64,000 nucleotides of DNA from positions 47,762,988-47,826,987 of the forward strand of contig NC_068997.1 of the NCBI RefSeq assembly GCF_001194135.2. The letters are read 5' to 3'. The DNA is from Octopus bimaculoides (lineage: Eukaryota). The translations under genes and the position numbers were made by a program. The notes beneath the pieces are model-generated. The model saw only the letters and a list, made by a program, of their open reading frames with translations, was not told the DNA's origin and did no database searches. This document shows positions 11,828 through 23,619 of the stretch, in pieces (the stretch's first letter is position 1; the number at the start of each line of letters is the position of its first letter).

Positions 11828-12294
11828 CATTAATCAATTAAATGGAGTCACTTGAAGTGGACGTAATGAATTGACACCTGTACATCTTTGTTACACACAC
11901 ACACACATCTATTAGTGAGTGTGTCTTTGTGTCTGTGTTTGTCCCCTCCCAAAGCTCGACAACCAGTGTTGGTTTGATTACATCCTTGTAACTTAGCAGT
12001 TTGGCATTAAAAAAAGTATTCGGGTTGGTACATTCGATTAAAAATTATTCAAGGCAGAACCTCTGCATGGCCATAGTCTAATGATTGAAACAAGTAAAAG
12101 ATAAAAGATATAAACACTTTATTAGTGTTAATAGGATGAAGGTATATGGAAAATATTACAAATGAATTAATTGCTAAGATTTTTAATATAAAGTGATATC
12201 AGATATAAGAATAAATATGAGACAAAAATACTGGGTTCTCTATTTTGTTTGATAACGTATATTAACTCTTTAATATTTAAAATGGCCATATCTG

Positions 12295-12855
12295 GTACAT
12301 GGCACATGAATCAATGGTTAGAGCATTGAGCTCAAAATCAAGGGGTAATGAGTTTGATTCCTGGACTGGGCTGTATGTTGTGTTCTTGAGCAAGACATTG
12401 CTCCAGTTTACTCAGCTGTAGAAATGAGTTGTGATATCTTTGGTGCCAAGCTGTATCGGCTCCTGTACTGGTGGCATGTAAAAAGTACAATTCAAGTGTG
12501 ATCATTGCCAGTGTCACCTTACCAACATGTGCCGGTGACACATAAAAGATAACATTCGAGTGTGGTCATTGCCAGTGCCACCAGACTGGCTCCTGTGCAG
12601 GTAGTACATAAAAAATACCTTTTGAGCGTGGTCATTGCCAGAGCTGCCTGACTAGCCCTTGTGCCGGTGGCACGTAAAAGCACCCACTACACTCTCGGAG
12701 TGGTTGGCATTAGGAAGGGCATCCAGCTGTAGAAACATTGTCAGATCAGATTGAGCCTGGTGCAGCCTTCTGGCTCAACAGTCCTCAGTCAAACCGTCCA
12801 ACCCATTCCAGCTTGGAAAGCAGACATTAAACAACGACAATGATGATGATGATGA
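12295..12855 (+). mobile_element. SINE with tRNA/CORE-like head, internal 60-70 bp tandem units and RTE-type tail ending in (GAT)n
   Basis: Head ...gtttgattcctggac...ttgtgttcttgagcaagaca; repeated gtggtcattgccagtg...gtggcacgtaaaa units; tail ggaagggcatccagctgtagaaac...gatgatgatgat. Confidence 0.7.
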
Positions 12856-13454
12856 TATATATACATAACAACATTTTATATATTATCTATGCTGGCAAAC
12901 ATACATTTTCAAAGTTAGAATCGTATGAGGGTTAACATTCTAGCAAATAAATAACATTTTCCTGTCATGCAAGCCCCCACAACACTTGTCAGAGTGCTGA
13001 CTCACTGGTAGGGAATTCAATTAAATAAGGTAAATGTAAATAGTGTGTAAGATTAAGCCCTACCTAGTACAAATGACTGAACTATGTCAACTGGAAGACT
13101 GATAACACAACAACAATAATAATAGTTTCTAATTTAGAAACAAAGCTAGCAATTTTGAGGGGAGGGTATAAGTTTAGTTGATGTCATCAACTCTAGTACT
13201 AGACTGAAATGCTGAAAAGTTGATCATGGCAGGATTTGAACTCAGAACATAAAGAGCTAGAAAAAATACTGCAAGACTGTCCCAAACTTTATTAATCCTT
13301 TTTACTAAGGCCTGAATTTTGGGGGAGCGGGCTAGTCTATTACATCGACCCCAGTGTTCTGGTATTTATTTTATTGATCTCAAAAGGATGAAAGGCAAGG
13401 TCAGTCCTGGTAGAAAACTAAACTCAGAACACAATAATAATAACAATAATAATA

Positions 13455-14072
13455 ATCATCATCATCATCGTTTAACATCCGTTTTCCATGCTGGCATGGG
13501 ATGAATGGTTCTAATGGGGGTCTGGGATGCCAGGAGGCTGCATCAGTTTCCAATTTGATCAGGCAGTGTTTCTACAGCTGCAGGCCCTTCCTAATGCCAA
13601 CCACTCCGAGAGTGTAGTGGGTGCTTTTTATGTGCCACTGGCACAGGGGCCAGAGGGGGCTGGCATCGACCACATTTGGATGATGCTTTTACGTGCCACC
13701 GGTATGGGAGCCAGTCAAGGCGGCGCTAGCATCAGCCATGTTTGGATGGTGCTTTTTACGTGCCACCAGCACAGGAGCCAGTCGGGGTGAGACGGGCGGG
13801 CATCAACCATGTTTGGATGGTGCTTTTTACGTGCCACCAGCATGGGGAGCCAGACAGGTGGTGTTGGCATCAGCCACAACTACAATTTCCATTTGATTGT
13901 GGTTTGATTTGATTTTGATGTACTTGACTCAATAGGTCTCCTCAAGCATGACAAATTGCCCTACGATCTAAAGGTACTTTTTGAGTGGGCTGGTTATGCA
14001 ACACTGATGCAGGCTACAGCTGTGATCTCACTTTATTTGCCAGGTCTTCTCAGTCACGGCATATCTCCAGCA
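13455..14072 (-). mobile_element. RTE-clade LINE 3' end (ORF C-terminus plus 3' UTR with tandem units)
   Basis: WRYAVTEKTWQIK* matches the C-terminus also seen at about 62600 (W.CTVLERPVKLS), followed by gtggcacgtaaaagcaccatcc repeats and a (GAT)n tail. Confidence 0.75.
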
Positions 14073-14084
14073 TAATAATAAAAG

Positions 14085-14420
14085 TTTCTGATTTAGGTAC
14101 AAGTTTAGAATGAAAGGCAAAGTGAAACTTGACAGTATTTGAATACAGAACATAAAATCAGAAGAAATGCCGGTAAGCATTTTTTTTCCTGCACAGTAAT
14201 AATTCTGCCACCTCGCCACCATAATAATAATAATAATCCTTTCAATTGTAGGCACTGAAATTTGCGGGGAGGGGTTGAGTCAATTACATCAACCCCAGTG
14301 CATAACTGATACTTATTTAATCGACCCTGGTGGAATTTGAACTCAGAATGTAGCAGCAGACGAAATACTGCTAAGCATTTTGCCCGGCGTGCTAACGATT
14401 CTGCCAAGTCCACTGCTTTG

Positions 14421-14460
<40 letters not shown>
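14085..14460 (-). mobile_element. Two adjacent Meta-like SINE copies with (AAT)n runs
   Basis: Two gaactcagaa...ctaagcatttt...aattctgcca blocks separated by (AAT)n. Confidence 0.75.
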
Positions 14461-14461
<1 letters not shown>

Positions 14462-15127
14462 TGAGCAATAGTTGGAAGAAGCACTTGACTAATGTGTGTG
14501 ATTGTACGTGTGTGTGTGTGTGTGTTCGTGCTTTATTTGTTACAGCATGGTTGCATTTAAACGAAGATAATCTGTGTGTTCACCAGTTGTCATGAATTTA
14601 GCCCCTGACACTTCTAATCCTTTATATCAGGCTGGCTTTAATTGTAACATGCTGTTGCTGTTGTTGCCGAGATAAGTAGATGAGCTGTTCAAAAAATATG
14701 TCACCTAAATTTTTCAAAGTAATTCAGTGTGATCAGCAACAACAAAAAAGAAAATGATAAATTATTTAATAAAATACAATAAAACATAAAAAAAGTGAAA
14801 ATCCATTACAAATAGTACATTGTCAGCCATTGAATTTAACACAATAATATAGTTGAAGGAAATAAAATAGCTGTTTCATTGTTACATAACATACAACTAA
14901 GCATGTATTTTCTTTCATTCAGTAAAATTATTTTCTGATTTTAACTGTAATTATATAGAAGACCAAACACTAGTTTCTTTTTGGTCAAACATTCAATGAC
15001 AGTTTTTGTCTTTTTGTTATAGCCAAGTAGACCCAATAAATTGCTGGTACTGCCTCATCACTATTTGACATATGTATTCCATGCTGGAAAAGGAACGGGC
15101 AGTTTGACAGGAAGTGCTGAGCTAGAC

Positions 15128-15313
15128 TAATGCTCTGCAACCGATATGCCATGGCACACTGGTGTGCCATGAGATGATGCTAGGTGTGCCATAATGTAAC
15201 CCGAATATAACTTTTTCCCTTATACTTTTAGTTATATTTTTAGTTCAGGTGTGTTGATGAATTTTGAAAAAAATATAAGTGTACCGCAAGTGAAAAAAGG
15301 TTGTGGAGCATTG
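15128..15313. mobile_element. hAT (Charlie-like) MITE
   Basis: Inverted termini aatgctctgcaacc (15129-15142) / ggttgtggagcatt (15299-15312); internal gtgccatggcacactggtgtgcc motif. Confidence 0.6.
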
Positions 15314-16578
15314 AGCCAGATGATTGTGTCAAGCTCCAGTGACTGCATTGGCATACTTTCTACAGCTGGATGCCCTTCCTAATGCCAACCAGTTTATGAA
15401 GTGTACAGGGAGCTTTTTACATGGTGCTGGCAGCAATTTTGTCATACAAGCAGTGTCATTTATTTCTGTTATTCTGCAAAAGTATGTCTGGCAATGGAAG
15501 AAATATTACCTTGCTTGGAAACATTGGAAATAGATGAGAGTTGATGCCAAGAAGGGCATACAGTAATAGAAAATCTGCTTCACTAAACACTGTCCAGACC
15601 ATGCAAGCATGGTAAAGTGGATATTATGATGATAACGAGTTCCTGAGTGCAACGTAACTGATGAAATGACAAGATGGTCCCCGCACAAATGCTGTTGATC
15701 AGGTCTGTGTGAATTAGTTACCTGTTCATAATTATTCTTTCTTCTCATAGGCACTGGTGTAAGAAGCTTGCTTCACAACCACATGGCTCTGGGTTCAGTC
15801 CCACTGCATATCACCTTGGGCAAGTGTCTTCTACTATAGCCTCGGGCTGATCAAAGCCTTGCGAGTAGATTTTGTAGAGGTAAACTGACAGAAGCCCATT
15901 GTTTATATATATATATATATATATACAATTTAAATATACGATAAAATCTTTATAAGAATTTATTGAGTAGTTAGCGAGAATAAACCTCACAAGGGAAAAA
16001 TTTATTAATTATTCCATATAAATACATTTATTTATATTAAGGGCATTACTATACATAAATGCCTCATGCTAGGAGGGACTCTAAAAGTCAAACTACCATA
16101 GTAAACACATTTTACCGAAATATATATATACATTTATATATTTTCTTTATTGCCCACAGGGGGCTAAACACAGAGGGGATAAACAAAGACAGACAAACAG
16201 ATTAAGTCAATTACATCAACCCCAGTGCGTAATTGGTACTTATTTAATCGACCCTGTTTTCTTGAGCAAAATGCTATATTTCCTGTTGTGCCAGCTCACA
16301 CAGCCGTAAAAGAGGTAACCCTGTAAAGGACCGGTAGCCCATTCAGTAGAGAATGTTGCGAACCAGCCCTAAGAAACCGAGGGCTCCAGACAGTAATGTC
16401 CAGGAGTTGATGATGATGAATAAAGACAAGACGGTCAAAGCTGGAGTGCAGGTTTGACTCAAGGTGAAACAACAACCATGCAGTAATTATGCTTGAAGAT
16501 GTTCTGATAAGCAATATAAATGTCATTAACATATATTGTCATAGGAAAAAATTGAACATGAAAAATTTTTATTCTTAC

Positions 16579-16653
16579 CTGATGAGAACAACTTGGTTTT
16601 CCCAATCTCGCAACATTTTTTCGTAGCACACACTGCCAATGGCAAATAAGTGA
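16579..16653 (-). CDS. Myo15: Myosin XV-like coding exon 4 (75 nt): (P)HLFAIGSVCYEKMLRDWENQVVLI(S)
   Basis: Acceptor caccatttcag, donor AG|gtaaga; PPHLFAI...NQ..ISGESG context; phases match neighbours. Confidence 0.95.
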
Positions 16654-16744
16654 CTGAAATGGTGAGCAAAGAGATATAAAATGTAATATGTTACAAGCAA
16701 TCATTTTGGGGTACATTCTTTGTATTTTCAACCCTTAATAGAAC

Positions 16745-17220
16745 AACCCTTTAGCATTTGAAACTGGCCACATCTGGTCCCAAATATTCTACCTGTTTTA
16801 TATACAAACTGGCCAGATTTGGCCTCTCACACCTAGCCTACAATATCATTCTAAAAATAAACAATCATATCATTGAAATTTCATAATTACAAGATAATGC
16901 ATGATTAATTCAAAACAGGTGGAGGCATGTGGCTTTGTGATTTGGGTGTTGGACTCATGTTTGTAAGATTGTGGTTTCAATTCCAGGCTCAGGCGATGCC
17001 TTGTGTTCTTGAGCAAAACACTTCATTTCACATTGCTCCAGTCCAATCGACTGATAATCCTGCAATGGCCCAACAACTATCTCGTTTGGGGTGATAAATG
17101 TGCCACAGAAACCAGGAAACCAGCTGTATGAGTCTTTAGAACTTGGGAAGGATCTAATTCAAAACACTGTGAATAAATAATCATTACATTTGACTGGCTA
17201 GTCTGAATGCTAAAGAGATT
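16745..17220. mobile_element. piggyBac-type MITE interrupted by a CORE-like SINE (16918-17154)
   Basis: Ends ccctttagcatt / aatgctaaagag; the nested SINE is flanked by a 12-bp duplication taattcaaaaca (16906-16917, 17155-17166). Confidence 0.75.
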
Positions 17221-17708
17221 GAGAATTCAAATAGTTAAATTCTAGACGAAAATATCTAATCTTGACCAGCTATTCTAAAATTGTAAGAAATATCTTTTAT
17301 CTTTTACTTGTTTCAGTCATTAGACTGTGGTCATACTGGGGCACCACCTTGTGGAATTTTGGTTGAACTAATCAACCCCAGTACATATTTTCTTTTTAAG
17401 CCTGGTGCTTATTCTATTGGTGTTATTCTAACATTAGACGTCAAGCAGTGGTGGGGGACAAACACACACACACACACACACACACGTATATTTTGAATCC
17501 TTGTATTTTAGATATATAATTTAATGAAGCAGGAGGGAAAGAAAGTATTTAAACACTACTATTACTATTACACAAGACTTAACACACTCAATCATGGCTC
17601 ACAGTAAAATGCTTACCAACCCGAAATGCCAATCGCTCACAGTTCTTCGTTTTATAACAATTGGTCAGTCCACCTTTTAGTCACATGAGGGGTGGTCAGA
17701 ATCCTTCC

Positions 17709-17754
<46 letters not shown>

Positions 17755-18068
17755 ATATATGATGGGCTTCTTTCAGTTTCTGTCAACTAAATCCACTCAC
17801 AAGGGTTTGGTTGGCCCAAGGCTATATCAAAAGACACTTGTTTAAAGTGCCATGCAGTGGGACTGAACCTGGAACCATTAATAATAATCGTTCCTAACAA
17901 AGGCACAAGGTTTGAAATTTTAGTGGGGGGAGTTACTCAATCAGATTGACCCCGGTATTTGGCTGGTACTTTATTTTATTGATTCTGTAGAGATGACTAT
18001 TGTAATGAAGTCTCAGAATCTGGCCCTTCCCATTATAATGCTTAGTAATAATGGTAAAATTGTCTTAC

Positions 18069-18178
18069 GGTGGCTGTTGTCCGATGGGGCAACCCTCATA
18101 CTTCTTAACAACATCTTTACCATAAATGTTGAAAATTTTATAAGGGTTAATGGCAACCAAGATAGAACCAATGTAAGT
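18069..18178 (-). CDS. Myo15: Myosin XV-like coding exon 3 (110 nt): TYIGSILVAINPYKIFNIYGKDVVKKYEGCPIGQQP(P)
   Basis: Acceptor tttcttctttgcag, donor CC|gtaaga; TYIGSILVAINPY motif. Confidence 0.96.
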
Positions 18179-18452
18179 CTGCAAAGAAGAAATAAATTGA
18201 TGATAGAAACACAAACCATTTGTATGTTTAATATATAAATACAAATACACACACACAAGAGATGTAAACTCTTACACACACTCTCTCTCTCTAATCATTA
18301 CATATTTATCTTCATTAGAGTAAATTTGGCTTACAGCTGTTTGTAGAAAACACAAATCCGGAGAAGAAGCACACTCTGTTGTAGAGCAGTGTATATTTTA
18401 ATGGGGGTGGCCCATTTATGGGATTACCCTGGGTTTGCTGTCCATAAAAGAC

Positions 18453-18534
18453 TTATGGCATATTGTTAGACCTCAAAACCTGTTGGCTTAAGGTCTTAGG
18501 CCAACAGGTTTTGGGGTCTGATGATATGCCATAA
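18453..18534. repeat. 82-nt near-perfect hairpin (40-bp arms)
   Basis: 18453-18492 is the reverse complement of 18495-18534 at 35/40 positions. Confidence 0.9.
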
Positions 18535-18867
18535 AGCTAAACCCTTCGATTGAAAATTTATGGAAAGAATATAGAAAGCATATTTCTGTTCACATACACA
18601 GGATCCCCTGCTGTTAACTGTAAGCTATAAAGCAATTTTTTCACCTTATTGAACTTTGATATGGGAAATATTTACAACCTTCTATGTCGATAAACCACTA
18701 TTGCTCCTGAAAGTTGTTTTTATACCTTTTATGAACTGCTTGAAGCTTACAATCTTCCTACACCTTGATCGTTGGATCTTACCTTTACACACACACACAC
18801 ACACAAGCAGACATGTATATACATTAATATATACTCATTTATAAACACACATCCAAACATACTTTAC

Positions 18868-18916
<49 letters not shown>

Positions 18917-19601
18917 ACTCTTTCAAACATATAATAAAAACCTGACTATATTCAATTTTGATTTTTTTTTAATTAAGGAATCATTTTGTATTTCTCCTTA
19001 ATCTTTTATGCCTAGTTTTGATCAATGATTTTCCTAAATCCATTAGTCTGATTATTCAAGGCTTTCACAATCTTATTTTCACATTAAACTGTTCTAAATG
19101 TGTGCAGGCAGCATTTTCTCCATTAAATCACAAAGGAAATAATTTTATGAGTAGGAAATAATTTTATGTGTGATAAAATCCTCATCCTTAAAAATGATAG
19201 AATGGGGAATCTAGACACATCTCATGCAATCATGACTGATTTGTTTTTTATGTGAGATATATCTGATTTTTGTGTTTAATTTAAGTTTTTTATTTTGCTA
19301 TTAGCAAAACCACCCTAGTAATGCTTATTTGAAATTTGATTACAACAATTTAATTTGAAAAGGAGTTTGTTATGTGTGAGCATGAGCATGCATGTGTGTG
19401 TGTGTGTGTGTGTGTGTAATCACATAGCCATACCTATGTATGGCTGTGTGATATGAAGCTTGCTTCCCAACCATATGGTTAGAGGTTCAGTCCTACTGCA
19501 CTTGGCACCTTGGTCAAATGTCTTCCATTCTAGCCCTGGGCTGACCAAAGCCTTTTGAATGAATTTGGCGGAAGTAAACTGAAAGAAACCCATTATGTGT
19601 A

Positions 19602-19636
<35 letters not shown>

Positions 19637-20424
19637 CATTGTTTAATGTCCACTTTCCATGAGGATATATATATATATATGTCATCATCATTTAACATCC
19701 TCTTTCCATGAGGATATATATATATATCATCATTTAACGTCCACTTTCCATGAGGATATATATATATATATTTACCATCATCATCATTTAACGTCCGTTG
19801 TTCGACAGTTTGACCAGGGCTGGTAAGATGGGGGGGGGGGCTGCATCAGACTCCAGTCTGATTTGGCATGGTTTCTATGACTGGATGCTCTTCTTAATGC
19901 CAACCACTCCAAGAGTGTAATGGGTGCTTTTACATGCCACTGGCATGGGTTTCAGTTCTGTGACACCAATATCTGCCACAACTACAATTTCAGTTGGCTT
20001 GAAGACTCTTCTTCTCAAGCACAGCATGTTGCCAAAGGTCTCAGCCATTTGTCATTGCCCCTGTGAGATTGCATGAATGAATGCTTATAAAAGAGCTATG
20101 GCTATAAACGGTGGCTGGGCTGCAACAGGTGACATTTATTGACATTTCCTATCAAGAAATTGTTTGCTAGCTCTGCATCATAGAATTCCTCCAAAATAAA
20201 GAAACCCTTACTTGAAATGCAGATGAGAGTTGGTGACAGGAAGAGCATCCAACCATAAAAATCTTTCCTCACTCTCAGTTACCTCCCATGTATAATGTGC
20301 TACCAGGTAAAAGTAGATGTTGAATGAATGACATATGTATTTAAAGAAAGACAGAGAAATACAAGTGTTTAAATGCCTCACACAAAAACAAAATCAAAAA
20401 CAAAACAAAACCGAGCATACTCAC

Positions 20425-20488
20425 ATATATCAGCTTATTGTTGTATCTTGTCTGTAAAGTATTGAGGATGGTTTGGTGATTAAGAATC
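20425..20488 (-). CDS. Myo15: Myosin XV-like coding exon 2 (64 nt): (M)ILNHQTILNTLQTRYNNKLIY
   Basis: Acceptor gttaacag, donor TAT|gtgagt; matches the L....IL.NL..RY....IY motor N-terminus; phases consistent. Confidence 0.92.
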
Positions 20489-20596
20489 CTGTTAACATAC
20501 GACAAATTGAAATGATTACATGATATAATTTAATTAAAAGTCAAACAGATTCAGAACAAAAACAAAACTAAAATTAAAAAGAAAATCATAACTTAC

Positions 20597-20658
20597 ATCA
20601 ATGTGATGAGATCTTCCATAGTTTCTTCTGCATTTTCATCTTTGTTTGTATCACCCAT
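20597..20658 (-). CDS. Myo15: Myosin XV-like first coding exon (62 nt CDS): MGDTNKDENAEETMEDLITL
   Basis: ATG at 20658, acceptor ttattacag 8 nt upstream (exon starts 20665) with an in-frame TAG before the ATG; donor AT|gtaagt; EDL..L matches the myosin EDMxxL motif. Confidence 0.85.
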
Positions 20659-20778
20659 TTTCTATCTGTAATAAAGAAATGCAGACTTATTTAAAGATTA
20701 AATTAGCTATGAAAAATTACTCATATATGGGCCAACCAAAGCCTTGTGAATGGATATGGTAGACTGAAAGAAACCCAT

Positions 20779-20863
<85 letters not shown>

Positions 20864-20873
20864 GTATAGTTGA

Positions 20874-21055
20874 CATTTATAGAAAAACAAAAGATGAAGA
20901 CAGGTGTATGAACAACAAGTAGGTGTATTAGCTTGATGCTCAGGAAAATGAGAGTCTCTTGTTTTGAGCCTACACTCTTCGACAGAAAGGAATGCGAAAA
21001 TAAAGAGAGAGAGAATGAAAAAAACTTGTGGATTTAGCAGTCAAGCATGGCGAAT
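20874..21055 (-). mobile_element. Short Penelope-LTR-like repeat inserted in the (TA)n of a SINE (family of 54340-54500)
   Basis: Reverse strand cctttctgtcgaagagtgtaggctcaaaacaagagactctc...ctaatacacc...acacctgtcttcatc matches 54376-54480. Confidence 0.6.
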
Positions 21056-22269
21056 ATATATGTATATATATTCATGTGTGTGTATCTGCCCTCCCACCAT
21101 TGCTTGACAACTGATGTTGGTGTGTGAATATCCCTGTAACTTAGTGGTTTGGCAAAAGAGATTGATAGAATAAGTACCAGGCTTGCAAAGAATAAGTCCT
21201 GGGGTAGATTTCTCCGACTAAAAATCTTTAAGGCAGTGCTCCAGCATGGCTGCAGTCAAATGACTAAAACGTGTAAATGAGTATATGTGGAATTAAGATG
21301 CTGGATAACTGATTGCATGTCTTCTGTTGAGTTCCTCAATTAAATGGCAGCTATAGGGAAATGCCCTTAGACAAGTTATCACTCAGCCTGTTTTAGTAAA
21401 CATAAGTATAAAGCAATCCATTCTTGTTGTACATTGGTAGAATAACTTAATTAGCCAGGACTAATACAAATTATGATAAAGGGATCAAAAGTAGCTAATT
21501 TTAGAAGATTGGATGACAGGCATTCTGTCGTGTAAGTGGCAATGTGATTGTCACCTGGCAAGTAATAGACACATAGCTCAAGTCCCAGTTGTGGATCTGA
21601 TGTTCTTTTCAACTTCAAATTATGATTATAATGTTAGAATCCAACCAGTCTCTTGTGAATGCTTTAGAGAGGACAGTTATCAAGCTGCATAAATAACAGC
21701 AATAAAAAGGGCATTCATCCAGTGAAGCACTGGGGAAAAATGTAATCAACTAGTCCCTTCCCTTGAAATTTCAGGCCTTGTGCCTATAGTAGAAAGGCTT
21801 ATTATATATGAAGGAATATAACACCAGTCCGCACCACCCCACATATATACACCATCCCCTGACGCTTCAATGCCTTCCACCATTCTGCTACACCTCTTCC
21901 CTCCACTACCTTTCAGCCCTGAAAATAACAGAAATACCATAACATTTCACAGCATGACCAAACAATGAATAAACAAAAACTGATAAATGACACTTTTCCA
22001 TATGTTTTTTTTTTTTCATATCACAATTAGTTAACAATGGCATCGTTAGTTACAAGTTTCCAATGGCCTGTTGTTAGTTCAAAGCTTTTCTGACTGGAAG
22101 GTGTCGAGGGAGTGTCTTCAACACAATGCTGAACAAATATGTCAAGCGACTTTGTTCATGAAGCACTGGTCTTGGTTTTCCTCACCAATGACTGAGAATC
22201 ACACAAACATGTGAATGTGTGCGCAAATACATGTATGTGTAAATACATATCTGTGTGTGTGAGAAGGCA

Positions 22270-22580
22270 AATGGGTTTGTGGCTAGGGTATTCAACTTAT
22301 GAAGGTCATAAGTTTGAACCCTACAAACACATTGTGTTTTTGAGCAAGACACTTTATTTCACGTTGCTTCAGTCCACTCAGCTGGCAAAAATGAGTTGTA
22401 TCTGTATTTCAAAGTCTTAGCCTTATCCCGTTTCATGTCGTGCTGAATCTTATGGAGAACTCCTTTAAGGGTATGCATGTCTGTGGAATTCTCAGCCACT
22501 TGCACATTAATTTCATGAGCAGGCTGTTCCATTGAATGGATCAACTAGAATCTTTGTCATAGTAACCAACAGAGTGCCAG
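22270..22580 (+). mobile_element. Old SINE with CORE-like head and Deu/Nin-like core (inverted relative near 43620-43830)
   Basis: ttgtgtttttgagcaagacactttatttcac...ttaagggtatgcatgtctgtggaattctcagccacttgcacattaatttcatgagcaggctgttcc; family label from recollection. Confidence 0.5.
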
Positions 22581-22605
22581 TACATACACACACACACACA
22601 TGCAG

Positions 22606-22656
<51 letters not shown>

Positions 22657-23619
22657 CATAAATATACACACTAGATGAAGTACCCTATCTTGTCCAGATG
22701 TTGAAATTTGGTTTTCTTTTTGCCCCTCCCTTTATGAAGAGTCAATCAAATAATAAATCTACCCCACCACCCAAACCTTAAATTTTGGCATCTATCCATC
22801 TCCTTGCACAAGGCCTCTAGTATCAGATGAAGTCCTTTATAAGTAAGGTTTCTATTATACATTTACGTACACATACACACATTCAAGCATAAACGTAAAA
22901 TTAGCCTAATTCCCAGAGCATAAAACTTGTATATTTTATAAGCAAATTTATATTTAAAACAATTAGTGTTTGTCGATTTACCATTGAACAGGACGTGGAA
23001 TGTTATGGCAATTCTAATAGTTTTATACCTGTAGCGCAAAGCTATGGCAGAGATATGGAAGAATGGGTTTGACATTGAAATGTCAGAGTGACAATAATAG
23101 TGATGGTGATGGTGATGACATTGAACTGTTAAGGTGGTGGTGGTGGTGGTCATGATAATGATATGATGGTGGTAGTGGTGGTGATAGTGATAACAGTTGT
23201 GTTGGAATGATGTTACATTCCTTGGTTAATAATTCTTTCTACTTATATCAAGAGGTTTTCAACCATTTTTTACCTATAGACCCCTTTGATCACCATTTTC
23301 TTCTGGTGAGCCCCCATAGCCATTCAATGATTAAAAACTAGTTTTATAGCATCTTATTTCAAAATTCTCATTTTGTTGTTCACACATTAACTTGTGTTGG
23401 TTGAACTATGTAAAATATTACAGAAAAAACCCCAGCCATTTATTCATTCTGTGAGATTTAGTACCAAATGCCCCACGGGTGAGTACTGGACTGAAGCCCA
23501 CTGATTGGGGATCCCTGTGTTCGAGATAACCTTAAGATCAGCTAAGATAGATTGTGAGTGATTAGGTGATTGATTGTGTGACCCAGTGGGTAAGGTAAGG
23601 GAACAATTTGGAAGACAGA

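Noticed and set aside
12450-12680. CRISPR-like repeat-spacer pattern (also 13620-13850, 19636-19800)
   Set aside because: Eukaryotic retroelement 3'-UTR tandem units; the spacers are homologous to each other and there are no cas genes.
15658-15700. CTGATGA hammerhead-like core (similar isolated cores near 29268 and 33287)
   Set aside because: No downstream stem II, GAAA or NUH arrangement.
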